This document shows, in pieces, positions 34,569-44,225 of a stretch of DNA of 64,000 bases. The stretch is from positions 1 to 64,000 of IMG/VR virus record IMGVR_UViG_2897118514_000003. One strand, 5' to 3'. Made by a program: the position numbers and the translations under genes. Source of the DNA: an uncultured virus (IMG/VR IMGVR_UViG_2897118514_000003) (lineage: Duplodnaviria > Heunggongvirae > Uroviricota > Caudoviricetes). The first letter of the stretch is position 1. Every line of letters starts with the position of its first letter. The notes under the pieces are model-generated. The model saw only the letters and a list, made by a program, of their open reading frames with translations. It did not search any database and was not told the DNA's origin.

Positions 34569-35704
34569 TAAACTCCCCCTTCATCTGTACCAATCTCAAT
34601 TTTCCTTCTCATTAGCTCCTCTAGAGTTTCCTTTCCCTTGTCAGCTGGGCTGTCCTTGTAATCCAGTAAGCCTTCATAATCCCACAAAACATACACACGA
34701 ACATAAGGAGTAAATTTTGCTGCGAGCTTTAGAATTTTCTTCTGATATTTAACCAATTTTTCTTGATATTTCTCCTCTGTCTCATGTTCTTTTGGTGGTC
34801 GGTATTTATCAAGAGCAATAAAAACTTCTTCAACACCAAGAGACAATAAAATGTCACGGTGAAAATTAGAAATATTACTTGAACAAACAGCACAGGTGAA
34901 GTTTGATTCACCGTAAAAGTCTTGGCATTTTAATACTGATTTTTCTGATTCGAAAATCAATACTTTCTTGAACCTTTCTATCGAATTTTTTGTTTTATGT
35001 AATCCATATAGATTCATCATTGTTTGATGGTTATATAAGATATTGCCAACTTTTAAAGGCATATATTTATAGCCTGCATCAACTTCTTCTTTAATCATTG
35101 AGCGCCTACGTATACCAATCAACCTATTATTTAAATCTCGATGGGGAATGGTAATCCCTTCTGTATGAGGTCTAAAATAGTACCCAATCTCAAACTCTTT
35201 TAATGTCTTGTGACTTATTCCCTCACCTAGCCACAATTGGTGAGGATAAGGCACAAATACATCTAGAACCGTTTCATTAAAGCTGGGGAGCTCAATATGT
35301 ATTTTTTTCTTCTTTTTGAACTTCCCCATCCATTCCCAGTCATCAATCAAATCATTGTTTATGTATGTCTCTCTATTCCCAAATCCAAATGTTCTTCCTG
35401 CTATTTTGGCAACATATTCGATAGCCTGATTAAAAGAGATATTAATACCTTTTTGACTTTTTGCTCTTATAACAAGTTCAAATACATCAAAATTATCTCC
35501 ACACTCTGTATAACAGTGAAACTGTTTTGCTTCATGATAGTAATACAGCTTATAGCTCCCACCAGAAGCATTGTGACAAACAGTTCTGTAAATCGGATTT
35601 CCTTGTTGATCCCACTGATTGTTCTCGCTACCTAAGTCTTTTAAAATCTTATGTATATCCTCAATGGTCAGGCTTTCTTTTACTCTGTCTTTATCATACT
35701 TCAA
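34568..35704 (-). CDS. yorJ: DNA primase-like protein
   Basis: 378 aa; CHN...CYTEC zinc region, TOPRIM-like FESEKS/ALD. Confidence 0.85.
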   Translation of the reverse strand: MKYDKDRVKESLTIEDIHKILKDLGSENNQWDQQGNPIYRTVCHNASGGSYKLYYYHEAKQFHCYTECGDNFDVFELVIRAKSQKGINISFNQAIEYVAKIAGRTFGFGNRETYINNDLIDDWEWMGKFKKKKKIHIELPSFNETVLDVFVPYPHQLWLGEGISHKTLKEFEIGYYFRPHTEGITIPHRDLNNRLIGIRRRSMIKEEVDAGYKYMPLKVGNILYNHQTMMNLYGLHKTKNSIERFKKVLIFESEKSVLKCQDFYGESNFTCAVCSSNISNFHRDILLSLGVEEVFIALDKYRPPKEHETEEKYQEKLVKYQKKILKLAAKFTPYVRVYVLWDYEGLLDYKDSPADKGKETLEELMRRKIEIGTDEGGV

Positions 35705-35719
35705 AGGGCGCTACACCCC

Positions 35720-37234
35720 TCATCCTGCTTTTATATTCAATTTCTCAACTGTGATTAATTCATTGTCAAGATTTGTTGTGAAACAGTCCTTAATCCGCAT
35801 GTTGCCCATATTGATATGAGAAAAGACTTTAACTTTGTCATACTCATTTCCCCTATTTTTAAATACATGTGTAACAAAATTTGGCTCTGGATAAAATCCT
35901 TCTTTTAAGATTGGATCAATTGCATCCTTCTCTTTTTTACTTAAAGGAAGAATTATCATTGCAGCATCTGTTTTATCTGCAATGGCCTTACTTCCTCTCA
36001 AGTAAGAAGCATCTATTACTTGTCCTTTTAACCATGCTTCTTTCCAATCACCATTCAACTGAGTTGCACTCATCATATAGACATCGTATTTGTTACATAA
36101 GCCCTTTAACTTATCCGACATAAGTAAAAGAATTTGGTCTTCCCTCAAGTTGACCCCACTTTTTTTGCTCATCTCTGAAAAAATGGTTACTGATGAGTGA
36201 ATATAATCGAAATAAACGTACTCTACATTGTTTTTAATGACGTTCTTTTCAATTGTTCTTTCAATCTCCTGAATATTAAAATCAGGCAGATGTTCGAACC
36301 ATATGTTAGACTCTTGAAGAACTTTAGCAGCCTTACGCACAAGTTGTTTTTCTTGTTCATTGATTGTGTTTCTAAGGATTTTTTTCTCTTCTACACCACT
36401 AATGTAGGCAAGTGCTAAGCTTTGCAATTCTTCGGCCATCATTTCTGTTGAAATAACCGTAGAACTTTCACTCCATGGGTTTGATACCCATTCCTTCTTT
36501 TTAGGATCATAAAGTTCGGTTGCACTTAAGCGACAAGCGTCAGCGACCATGTTTCTTGTTTTACCGCCACCTGTAATACTTGAGCGCAGATAGAACTTTT
36601 TCTTCCGTGATCCACGAAAAATTGAGGTGAGCATTTCGCTATTTAATGGAACTCCAATATCCGGGGATTCTTCGAATGAATCCAATAATTCATTAATACC
36701 TTCTCCCCCTTGGATTCCTACACTTTCTGATGAAGTTCTGAATTTTTCTTTTATGTCTACAATCTTCATTTCATAAGCTGCTAAAATCTCATCAATCGAC
36801 TTCTTATCAAACTGTTCTTGCATCTTTTCCTGTTCTTTTGGGTCAATCAGAGATTCATCATATATTTCCTTAATATCGAATCCCAATCCATCCATTTCTC
36901 TAAGCAGACTAAACTTTTTTAATCTTTTATAGTGGTAATCAAAGTTTTCGACAACTGCCAACTCTTGAATTCTTTCTATATATTCAAGACCGTTATTATC
37001 ATGGAAAATTTTATACTGAATATCGTAATCCTTTAGATATCCATCTATTTCAACCTCATTCAATACTTCAGTTCCTTGATGAAATAGATTGCTCATAGCA
37101 AAAAACAATATTGAATGAAACCTTGAAGGAAAATCATCCGAAGTTATCTTATATTTATTGCTCTCTGACAAGATTGTGGGATCTTTTAAAATGCTCCCTA
37201 AAACTTGAATTATTGCCTGTTTGTCTTGTAGCAA
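35720..37234 (-). CDS. yorI: DnaB-like replicative helicase
   Basis: 504 aa; GGGKT, STEM, FDYI, TQLN, KNR. Confidence 0.9.
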   Translation of the reverse strand: MLQDKQAIIQVLGSILKDPTILSESNKYKITSDDFPSRFHSILFFAMSNLFHQGTEVLNEVEIDGYLKDYDIQYKIFHDNNGLEYIERIQELAVVENFDYHYKRLKKFSLLREMDGLGFDIKEIYDESLIDPKEQEKMQEQFDKKSIDEILAAYEMKIVDIKEKFRTSSESVGIQGGEGINELLDSFEESPDIGVPLNSEMLTSIFRGSRKKKFYLRSSITGGGKTRNMVADACRLSATELYDPKKKEWVSNPWSESSTVISTEMMAEELQSLALAYISGVEEKKILRNTINEQEKQLVRKAAKVLQESNIWFEHLPDFNIQEIERTIEKNVIKNNVEYVYFDYIHSSVTIFSEMSKKSGVNLREDQILLLMSDKLKGLCNKYDVYMMSATQLNGDWKEAWLKGQVIDASYLRGSKAIADKTDAAMIILPLSKKEKDAIDPILKEGFYPEPNFVTHVFKNRGNEYDKVKVFSHINMGNMRIKDCFTTNLDNELITVEKLNIKAG

Positions 37235-37248
37235 ATGGACTCTCCTTC

Positions 37249-37719
37249 CTATAGCGTTGAGATATCAACTAGCCCTCTTTTCTTTCTCATTCCTTTTTTT
37301 ATGACTAACGTAATTTCTTCTCTTTTATGATTCTTTGGATCTTCAGCTGATTTTCGGATGGCTTTTTGTCTAATGTAATGCCGCTTTGCTTCATCATAAA
37401 CAAATGGAACGATTCCAATGCCATCACCTTCTCTGGGTTGATTATCCAAAGTTTCATAAAAGTACCTAAGCGCTAGTTCAATGCCTTTAAGCTTATACCC
37501 ATATTCCTCTTGAAACTCTTTAATTTGTTTCAACATCATGCCAGTTGGAGATGTAAGACCATATAAATTGCATATGTATTGAATTAACTCTTTTCTGTGA
37601 TCTGATTCTTGCTTCCAGGTATTAAAACACTTTTCATGGTAATATCTTTTTTTATAAGGAATGGCTGAGTCTTTGTCTAACTTGGTCTCGCAATAAGGAC
37701 ATTTAACTTGTCTCCCCAA
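37249..37719 (-). CDS. yorH: Zinc-finger replication-associated protein
   Basis: 156 aa; CPYC...HEKC. Confidence 0.75.
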   Translation of the reverse strand: MGRQVKCPYCETKLDKDSAIPYKKRYYHEKCFNTWKQESDHRKELIQYICNLYGLTSPTGMMLKQIKEFQEEYGYKLKGIELALRYFYETLDNQPREGDGIGIVPFVYDEAKRHYIRQKAIRKSAEDPKNHKREEITLVIKKGMRKKRGLVDISTL

Positions 37720-37761
37720 ATAATCACTCCTAATAAGGAGGAGAGAATAATCCCTCCTCTT

Positions 37762-38733
37762 TTATTCTGCTAGAAGGTCTTTTAGATCATCTAGAATTAC
37801 AGACATGACACCTACTTGCTTACGGCTGCACTCAGTAACTTTTACACCCTTACCTAAATGTTTCTCTGTAATCTCATTAACTTCTTCTAAACGGCCTTCT
37901 TCATTAAGCTTCATGCCAATTTCTTTAATTTGATCCATTAATGAGTTGAAATCAAGTTCTTCTGAAGCGTTGTTTTGTTTTTGCTCTTCGTATGTAACAG
38001 CAACAATTCCTTCTGCTTGCTCCTGTCTTTCGACTGCCTCAATAATTGCTTTTTCTAAGTTTTCTGCAGTAAATTCAGGAAGGTACGTGTCAATGTAATC
38101 AAATCGGCTACGAGCAAAATGCTCTTCAGTTTCAGCTAACCAAGCACTTGATTTGATTACTTTTCTATCTTCATCAACACCATTAGAACTTAGATAGAGA
38201 ACAATATCGCTGTTATCAATTACTGGAGCTAAAACTCGTTTATCCCCCTTCGGATATACTTTGCCTTTTTTGTCTTCAGCAGCATGAGCAATAAAGATAA
38301 CCGTAAATCCTACGCCAATTAATTTATTGATTTCTTCCCATACTTCAGTTTCATACTCTTTCCAAAGGCCAAACCCATCATTACCATCTTTAATCCGTTC
38401 TACATCATATTGCTCGCATACATATCTAGTCGCATATTTAGCAAAAGCGTCTACTTCATCAACAATGATTGTCTGATACATTTCTTTGGCTTTTTCAGCA
38501 TTTTTAGTTAACTGTTTGTTTACCTTTTTAAAATCAGCCCAACTATTGATAGGCATGAATTGGACACCGGCAATGGCATTTAATCCTTTTTCGAATGGCA
38601 GATATAACGGTTTCTTCATCCGAGTGCTTTGCTTAGTTTTACCTAAGTTGTTAGAACCGTAGATTGTGATAACTTTTCCTTCTAATCCTTTTGCTACTAC
38701 AGAAACTTGTGGGTTGAAAATATCGATTGCCAT
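37762..38733 (-). CDS. yorG: AAA/Sak4-like ATP-binding protein
   Basis: 323 aa; GSNNLGKT, IIVDE, FIAH. Confidence 0.8.
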   Translation of the reverse strand: MAIDIFNPQVSVVAKGLEGKVITIYGSNNLGKTKQSTRMKKPLYLPFEKGLNAIAGVQFMPINSWADFKKVNKQLTKNAEKAKEMYQTIIVDEVDAFAKYATRYVCEQYDVERIKDGNDGFGLWKEYETEVWEEINKLIGVGFTVIFIAHAAEDKKGKVYPKGDKRVLAPVIDNSDIVLYLSSNGVDEDRKVIKSSAWLAETEEHFARSRFDYIDTYLPEFTAENLEKAIIEAVERQEQAEGIVAVTYEEQKQNNASEELDFNSLMDQIKEIGMKLNEEGRLEEVNEITEKHLGKGVKVTECSRKQVGVMSVILDDLKDLLAE

Positions 38734-38815
38734 TTCAGTTCTCCTTTTATTTTGATTTTGTCGGGTGAGTCGGAGCTCACCCCAGTTATGTATTAGATTA
38801 ATGATCTATTATATT

Positions 38816-39730
38816 TTAGAAAGGGAGATCATCATCTGAAATTTCAACCGGCTTTGAAGGCTTGTTATTAGGAGCACTTCCACCAAAGCCAGACTTTTTA
38901 TTGTTTTCATTGCTGCTTTCGTTCTTAAGTCCTTCTAGATAAGTCTCCCTTTCAGTCAATGCTTTTTTAATTACTTCTGGATTAAAAGCATTTTTACTAT
39001 CTTCATCATAAGGATCGTTACCCCCTGTAACTAGATACTCTCTTTTTGTAATTGAAGTGATTTCTTTTTTGTCTTCTCCAAATGCAGCAGTTTTGGTTGT
39101 TACTTTTTGTTCTTTATAATTAATGATCTTCCCAAAAACGTTAACCGTAGATCCTTTTTCATAATTGTTTTCAACATATTGAGAACCTTCCTTAGTCACT
39201 ACAAATGTAAAAGGAATGACTTTCCCGCCATACAAAGGGATATAACCATTTAAATTAACTCTCCCTGTTTCTTCACCTTTAACTTTTTCTTCAGTCACAT
39301 TTTTAACAAACAGTTCAACATCAAATTCAGCTTTAGGATTAAATTCTTCATTAGCATCTAGTCTGTTTACAAAGTTGGTGGTTAACTGTGGGTACGCCTT
39401 TAAAATCCCTTGAGAGTAATATTCGTTTAATCCAATCTTCCCTTGGGTGATTCTCACTTTATCAGCTTGTTCTCTCCCATGTTCTGCAATGGACTTATAA
39501 TCACTTATGATAGTTTGATACCCTTTTGCAATAGCATTATCTGTGCCATCAGCTTTCTTATATTTCGAAAATCCTTTCACTGTATGTACTTCGTTTGGCG
39601 CAACTTCAATGTCTAATTCAATATTTAATCCATTTCCATTTTTCCATTCAGTGTGTCGTACTTCAGCTAAAGTTCCTTCAATTGTTACAATGTTATCTGC
39701 TTCGCGTAATACCGTTTTGTTTTCTGCCAT
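38816..39730 (-). CDS. yorF: SSB-like protein
   Basis: 304 aa ending DDDLPF. Confidence 0.75.
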   Translation of the reverse strand: MAENKTVLREADNIVTIEGTLAEVRHTEWKNGNGLNIELDIEVAPNEVHTVKGFSKYKKADGTDNAIAKGYQTIISDYKSIAEHGREQADKVRITQGKIGLNEYYSQGILKAYPQLTTNFVNRLDANEEFNPKAEFDVELFVKNVTEEKVKGEETGRVNLNGYIPLYGGKVIPFTFVVTKEGSQYVENNYEKGSTVNVFGKIINYKEQKVTTKTAAFGEDKKEITSITKREYLVTGGNDPYDEDSKNAFNPEVIKKALTERETYLEGLKNESSNENNKKSGFGGSAPNNKPSKPVEISDDDLPF

Positions 39731-39748
39731 GTAAATAATCAGCCTCTT

Positions 39749-40129
39749 TCATTTATTAATTTTATTTTTATTCTTATTATTTCTATAATTAGACTTGCTG
39801 CTAAACTTACAATCTCTAATACCAAGTAGTTTGTTTAGCTCTATGTATCTCTTTTTAGGAAAATTCCAAGGCTCTGGATCGCCTTTAATGTTTCTTACTT
39901 TAATGATCGTATTAAGTCTTACAGTAATCTTGAGATTTCCATATGAATATGTCTTAGAAATAAAACCCCTCTCAACTCCTTGAGGTCTGAATTCCTTCAC
40001 CAACATTACATTCCTTGTTAATTTTCTTCTAGCCTGGTCTTCTTCGATGTCATAATTCCTTTTAACATCATTTCTATAGGCTTCGATTGCAGCTGGTTTA
40101 ATTTTCAATATCTTCAATTCCTTTTTCAC
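39749..40129 (-). CDS. yorE: Basic hypothetical protein
   Basis: 126 aa; first gene after the repeat-linked promoter. Confidence 0.65.
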   Translation of the reverse strand: MKKELKILKIKPAAIEAYRNDVKRNYDIEEDQARRKLTRNVMLVKEFRPQGVERGFISKTYSYGNLKITVRLNTIIKVRNIKGDPEPWNFPKKRYIELNKLLGIRDCKFSSKSNYRNNKNKNKINK

Positions 40130-40163
40130 TTTACGACCTCCTTTCTCTCTGTGGGATATTCTT

Positions 40164-40213
40164 ATCTTACATCACCCTCACATTATCGTCAATAGTAATT
40201 TTATTTTTATTCT
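40164..40213 (-). promoter_or_regulatory. Sigma-A promoter of the replication operon with upstream repeat element
   Basis: AGAATAAAAATAAAATTACTA-TTGACG-N17-TAAGAT. Confidence 0.75.
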
Positions 40214-40262
40214 AAATAATTTTTAAGAGAAGTTCCGTTCTGAACGGAACACCTGGGCAAAG

Positions 40263-40889
40263 CTATTCATATTTCTTTTTAAGCTCTTTAAAGGTTACTT
40301 TCTTCAAATCGTAATCATCCATTGCAGATGAAGTAGCATTGTCGGTATCCAAAGCCTCTTGTTTATAAGTCTCAAGACTTCCCTTTGGTTCAATAGCCAA
40401 ATCAGACAATTGCTTTACGTTTTTATATATCTCGAGCAGATAATCATAATTATCATCGAATTCAGAAGGATGATTCTTCATCAATTTAATCTGCTTTTCA
40501 ATTGTCTCTTGAGTATCTTCTAAATCAGAAATCTTACCTTCATCTTCATAACCTGCGTAAAGCTGAACTAATGCATCATTAAAATCGCTAACATATGTTC
40601 CATTTACTTTATGTAGGTCATTAAAAATAACATCATGCCAAGTTGTCTCAACTTCGTTAATTATTTCTTCTGAACTTGCACCTAAAGAAGTCATATCAGT
40701 GACAAGACTTTCTTCTTTCTTAGAATACGCTTCTAGCTGCTCAAGTTTTTTGTTCTTTTTGTAAACTTGATAGCCATAGATTCCTCCAATTATAAGTGCA
40801 ACCACCGCACAAACTGAAACAATCCAAATAACTTTTTTAGTCTTCTTTGGCTTTTCTAAAGGTAACTCCCCTGTAGCCTCATGATCCAT
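40263..40889 (-). CDS. Single-pass membrane protein, moron-like
   Basis: 208 aa from ATG 40889; own TTGTTA-N17-TAATAT promoter and GTTCCGTTC/GAACGGAAC terminator. Confidence 0.7.
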   Translation of the reverse strand: MDHEATGELPLEKPKKTKKVIWIVSVCAVVALIIGGIYGYQVYKKNKKLEQLEAYSKKEESLVTDMTSLGASSEEIINEVETTWHDVIFNDLHKVNGTYVSDFNDALVQLYAGYEDEGKISDLEDTQETIEKQIKLMKNHPSEFDDNYDYLLEIYKNVKQLSDLAIEPKGSLETYKQEALDTDNATSSAMDDYDLKKVTFKELKKKYE

Positions 40890-41011
40890 GTTGTTTATCC
40901 CCCTATAGTAAAAAAGAATCATTAATTCAATAACATATTACCATGAAGGGAAAAACTTAACAATTCCTTTTGAAATTAAAATAAAATGATAATTTTATTG
41001 GGTTATAGGTA

Positions 41012-41157
41012 AAGAGCCACCTAACGGCAGCTCTTCGGGTTGGTCAGCCTCCGACTCTAACTTCCATAGTAGCTCATCCTCCAATAATATTAATCACTTT
41101 TTTAACCTCCAAAAACCATTTCACTACTCTCCCTTAGGATTAAGGAGAATTATATCA
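41012..41157 (-). other. Mini transcription unit with three chained micro-ORFs MVFGG (41119-41102), MINIIGG (41097-41074), MEVRVGG (41067-41044)
   Basis: Extended -10 TGATATAAT (41157-41149), an RBS before each ORF, terminator-like hairpin AAGAGCTGCC-GTTA-GGTGGCTCTT (41035-41012). Confidence 0.6.
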
Positions 41158-41171
41158 TGGATTTATAATAT

Positions 41172-41552
41172 TTAAACAATTTCACTCCATAACCATACAT
41201 CCATTGTTTGCAATGTAAATCCGTCGGGTAGATGCTTCATTTTCACATTTACATTGTATCTTCTGCCTGTTGTTTTATGTACAATAGCTAGTTCTTCACC
41301 ATTAAAGAAACGTACAATGGCCTCATCAAATTCAATAGGTTGATTAACCACATAACCTTCCTTTAAAGCTCTAATAAACAAATAAGGATCATTTTTATAC
41401 AGTTCATAAAGTATGTTCGCATATTGTTCGTTTTTGTCTCTAAGTAGTTCAAAATTAATCAACGGTATGTATAAGTCTTTGTCTGATAAATTCAATTTGT
41501 TTCTAAAGTATTTAATTGCTTCATCTTGCTCTTTAGAAATGATGTTTGGCAT
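41172..41552 (-). CDS. yorC: Hypothetical protein
   Basis: 126 aa; synteny. Confidence 0.7.
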   Translation of the reverse strand: MPNIISKEQDEAIKYFRNKLNLSDKDLYIPLINFELLRDKNEQYANILYELYKNDPYLFIRALKEGYVVNQPIEFDEAIVRFFNGEELAIVHKTTGRRYNVNVKMKHLPDGFTLQTMDVWLWSEIV

Positions 41553-41647
41553 TTTTCTAATCTCCTCTTTTATCGTTAATTTTTTATTGCTGTTAAGCTC
41601 CTTTTGTTTTCAATTAGGATATAATCAACATAACAAGAAATGGAAGG

Positions 41648-42172
41648 ATGCTTAGCATGCGAACAAAAACAACATTGTTTATTTTTTTGCTTTTCACTCT
41701 AATAATAACTGGATGTGCTTCTGAATCTGAAAAGCTCGCAGAACAAAAAGAAAAAGAAAAGTATGAGGAAACCCTAGATAAAGCATTTCCTAATGGTACT
41801 GATACTCCAACTATTGTAGAAGAGCCAAGTGTTGAAACTAAAAATGATGATTTAGAATCAGAGTCTAGTGAAGAGTTCGACAATGTCATGTTAGAACCAG
41901 TAGGGAATATGGATGATTGGCCATCCCTTTCCTCTGAAGAAAAGAAACAAATAATTGAGGATTCAATTAAATATGAACAATATCAACAGAATCAACAAAA
42001 TGTTGAAATTGAAATAGTAGGTTCAACTGATGATTTCATTAAAGTTATTGATGATCGATACCAGGAAATTGATAACTTAGAAGGATTTGAAAGAACCCGG
42101 ATGTTAGCTTCATCTATTTCCGCTCAAGTTGGAATAATGGGTCATCAAGAACATCTTATAAAATTTCGTTAG
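41648..42172 (+). CDS. Acidic lipoprotein, counter-oriented moron
   Basis: Lipobox IITGC; TATAAT upstream; long terminator hairpin about 42188-42229. Confidence 0.75.
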   Translation: MLSMRTKTTLFIFLLFTLIITGCASESEKLAEQKEKEKYEETLDKAFPNGTDTPTIVEEPSVETKNDDLESESSEEFDNVMLEPVGNMDDWPSLSSEEKKQIIEDSIKYEQYQQNQQNVEIEIVGSTDDFIKVIDDRYQEIDNLEGFERTRMLASSISAQVGIMGHQEHLIKFR

Positions 42173-42240
42173 AAAATAGTAGCCTGAAAACAGAACAGAG
42201 TGATGAGTAATTCTTACTCTGTTCTGTTTGATAAACATAA

Positions 42241-42618
42241 CTAATTAATTTGCCTTTGTTGTTCACTCATATAATCAACCCATTCAATAAAAGCGTCAAT
42301 TAAAGGTTGTGTATTGCCTGAATCTGCCCAGCCTGCAAAACCAATAAAACCATCTGGATTAAAGCTAATCGCTTCTCTTTGTGTAAAATAGTGACTGTTT
42401 ATATAAAGATAGCAACATTTTAAAGTTCCATTTGTTTTATATTTACTTTTTATTTTCTGACTCATTCTCATTGTATCAACAGACATTTTATTCGCTTTAA
42501 CTGCCTGTTTAACATGCTTATTCAGCAACATAACTAAAACACAAATATCTCCCTCATAAATGTCTTCATAACTAAGTCCCTTTTGAACAAAATAAGTTCT
42601 TGCTTCTTCTGAATTCAT
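42241..42618 (-). CDS. Hypothetical phage protein
   Basis: 125 aa; REAISFNPDGFIGFAGWAD motif. Confidence 0.7.
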   Translation of the reverse strand: MNSEEARTYFVQKGLSYEDIYEGDICVLVMLLNKHVKQAVKANKMSVDTMRMSQKIKSKYKTNGTLKCCYLYINSHYFTQREAISFNPDGFIGFAGWADSGNTQPLIDAFIEWVDYMSEQQRQIN

Positions 42619-42652
42619 TTAAACATCTCCCTGACTAGTTAAAATATCGTTT

Positions 42653-42924
42653 TTATTGAGATTCTTTTCTTATCCATTTTCTAACCTTCACTTCTTTTAA
42701 CTCCACTTCATAACAATCAACTTGATCTTCAAATTCCCAAGGGCTTTCATACTGGTTTTCAGTTGCGCCTTTGCTATAGAAAGTTTCAAAAAAGCGACCC
42801 TGATTGAGAACACAATTCTATAGTGAATGCTCCACCTAGACGTGTCAGTGATCTCTTCTAAAATTGAGGATTCCGGCAGTCCCAATTCATTTACCATGTA
42901 ATCTTTGTCTAATTTAATTTTCAT
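42653..42924 (-). pseudogene. Phage protein gene with a 1-nt frameshift near 42805
   Basis: ...SRWSIHYRIVFS continues in another frame as QGRFFETFYSKGATENQYESPWE...RKESQ, ending at the TAA of palindrome 42640. Confidence 0.65.
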
Positions 42925-43801
42925 TTAAAATAACCCCTCTTCCTTTGCAGCATTTGCATTCGACTAAAGGCTCGTTAATTTTAGCCATCAGATCATCTAA
43001 AAATTTCTTAATATTACTCTTTAAATCTTCAACATCTTTTCCACTAAACGGTTCTACAATTGGATAACTCTGATAGGCTTCAGGTGCAACCTTGTAAATC
43101 TCAACCTCTCGCTTTGTTTGAAATCTTTTTTCAAGTTTAGGCTTTCTCCGTTTGTACATTGCATTAAGATCAACTACATACTCGTGAGGCATGTAAAGTT
43201 CCAAAACCTTTACCACAGTAAAACAGAAATCATAATCACTTGTGATTCTTGCAAATTTAGGGTTTATATTGGCTTTAATATGGTTTCTAATAATTTTATA
43301 GCTTTCCGCCCGAGACAAGTAACACGGCTTTGTTTCAAGAAGCATTGGATGCGTTTGAATTCTATCCAGTAGGTTATATTTCAAGTTGAAATTTTGACTT
43401 TGAATCTTAAGTTCCCCGTTAACTTCTTCAATAATGTTCATTTCAAACTCAATCTTTTGATTCTGTTGTGGAACTTCTTCAAATTTCAATTCATATAGAC
43501 CCTTCACTTCATAGTATTCATTGTCTTCACCTATGTAAGAAGCATAAATTACTTTTGGAGTTAATTCAGATTCCTGGAACCCTTCTTTCAATTCATATCT
43601 ATGATTAATTTTTTTAGCCGGCATTTGCTTTTCAATAACACTTGGCTCCTTTTTGAGCTTAAACCAGTCTGACTTATACGTTGCAGTTGCTGGTTTACCA
43701 TCAAAAAGCAATCCTTTTAATTGACTATGAAAGTATGTCTCGCCTTGAATGTTGTCAGACACCAAAAAACAGTTATTTGTTTTAATACCAATTAGCTTCA
43801 A
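42914..43801 (-). CDS. YoqZ-like protein with C-terminal CxxCxGxG
   Basis: 295 aa; ARITSDYDFCF; synteny. Confidence 0.7.
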   Translation of the reverse strand: MKLIGIKTNNCFLVSDNIQGETYFHSQLKGLLFDGKPATATYKSDWFKLKKEPSVIEKQMPAKKINHRYELKEGFQESELTPKVIYASYIGEDNEYYEVKGLYELKFEEVPQQNQKIEFEMNIIEEVNGELKIQSQNFNLKYNLLDRIQTHPMLLETKPCYLSRAESYKIIRNHIKANINPKFARITSDYDFCFTVVKVLELYMPHEYVVDLNAMYKRRKPKLEKRFQTKREVEIYKVAPEAYQSYPIVEPFSGKDVEDLKSNIKKFLDDLMAKINEPLVECKCCKGRGVILNEN

Positions 43802-43850
43802 TGGAAATTCCCCTTTTTAATTTTATTTTTATCTTTATAAAATTTCTGTT

Positions 43851-44075
43851 TTATCTAGATCTTCTAATTTTATTTTTATCCAACAAATCAATTATGTAAG
43901 TCTCATACATGTCATCCCAATAAGGGTCTGTTCTTGCTATGTATTTCTTTACTCTTCCGTTCTCCTCAATCTTGAAGGTTTGCCCCTTTTGAATATCATT
44001 GAACTTTTTCTTTTTCCATATTCCCTTGATCAACACTTCAACTTCTTTAACCTCAACTGTTGCCTGCTGCATCAC
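43851..44075 (-). CDS. yoqX: Hypothetical protein
   Basis: 73-74 aa; synteny. Confidence 0.65.
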   Translation of the reverse strand: MMQQATVEVKEVEVLIKGIWKKKKFNDIQKGQTFKIEENGRVKKYIARTDPYWDDMYETYIIDLLDKNKIRRSR

Positions 44076-44225
44076 ATTCCTCCTTTTTGATTTTCATGTA
44101 TCCAGCCTGTAGATAACTATTCTCTTTAGCATGGCAACAAAATCGAATCCCATTAAGTACCACTGCCATATCGCTTTATATATCACCTTCGCTTAGCTAA
44201 TATGTTCTAAGTAGGAGGTGATATT

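Noticed and set aside
28980..39983. Many plus-strand 60-110 aa ORFs in the replication module
   Set aside because: Antisense shadows of long conserved genes, without RBS or recognisable motifs
44076..44225. Small ORFs upstream of ligB where SPbeta has yoqW
   Set aside because: No convincing start/RBS combination; a SRAP-family gene is simply absent
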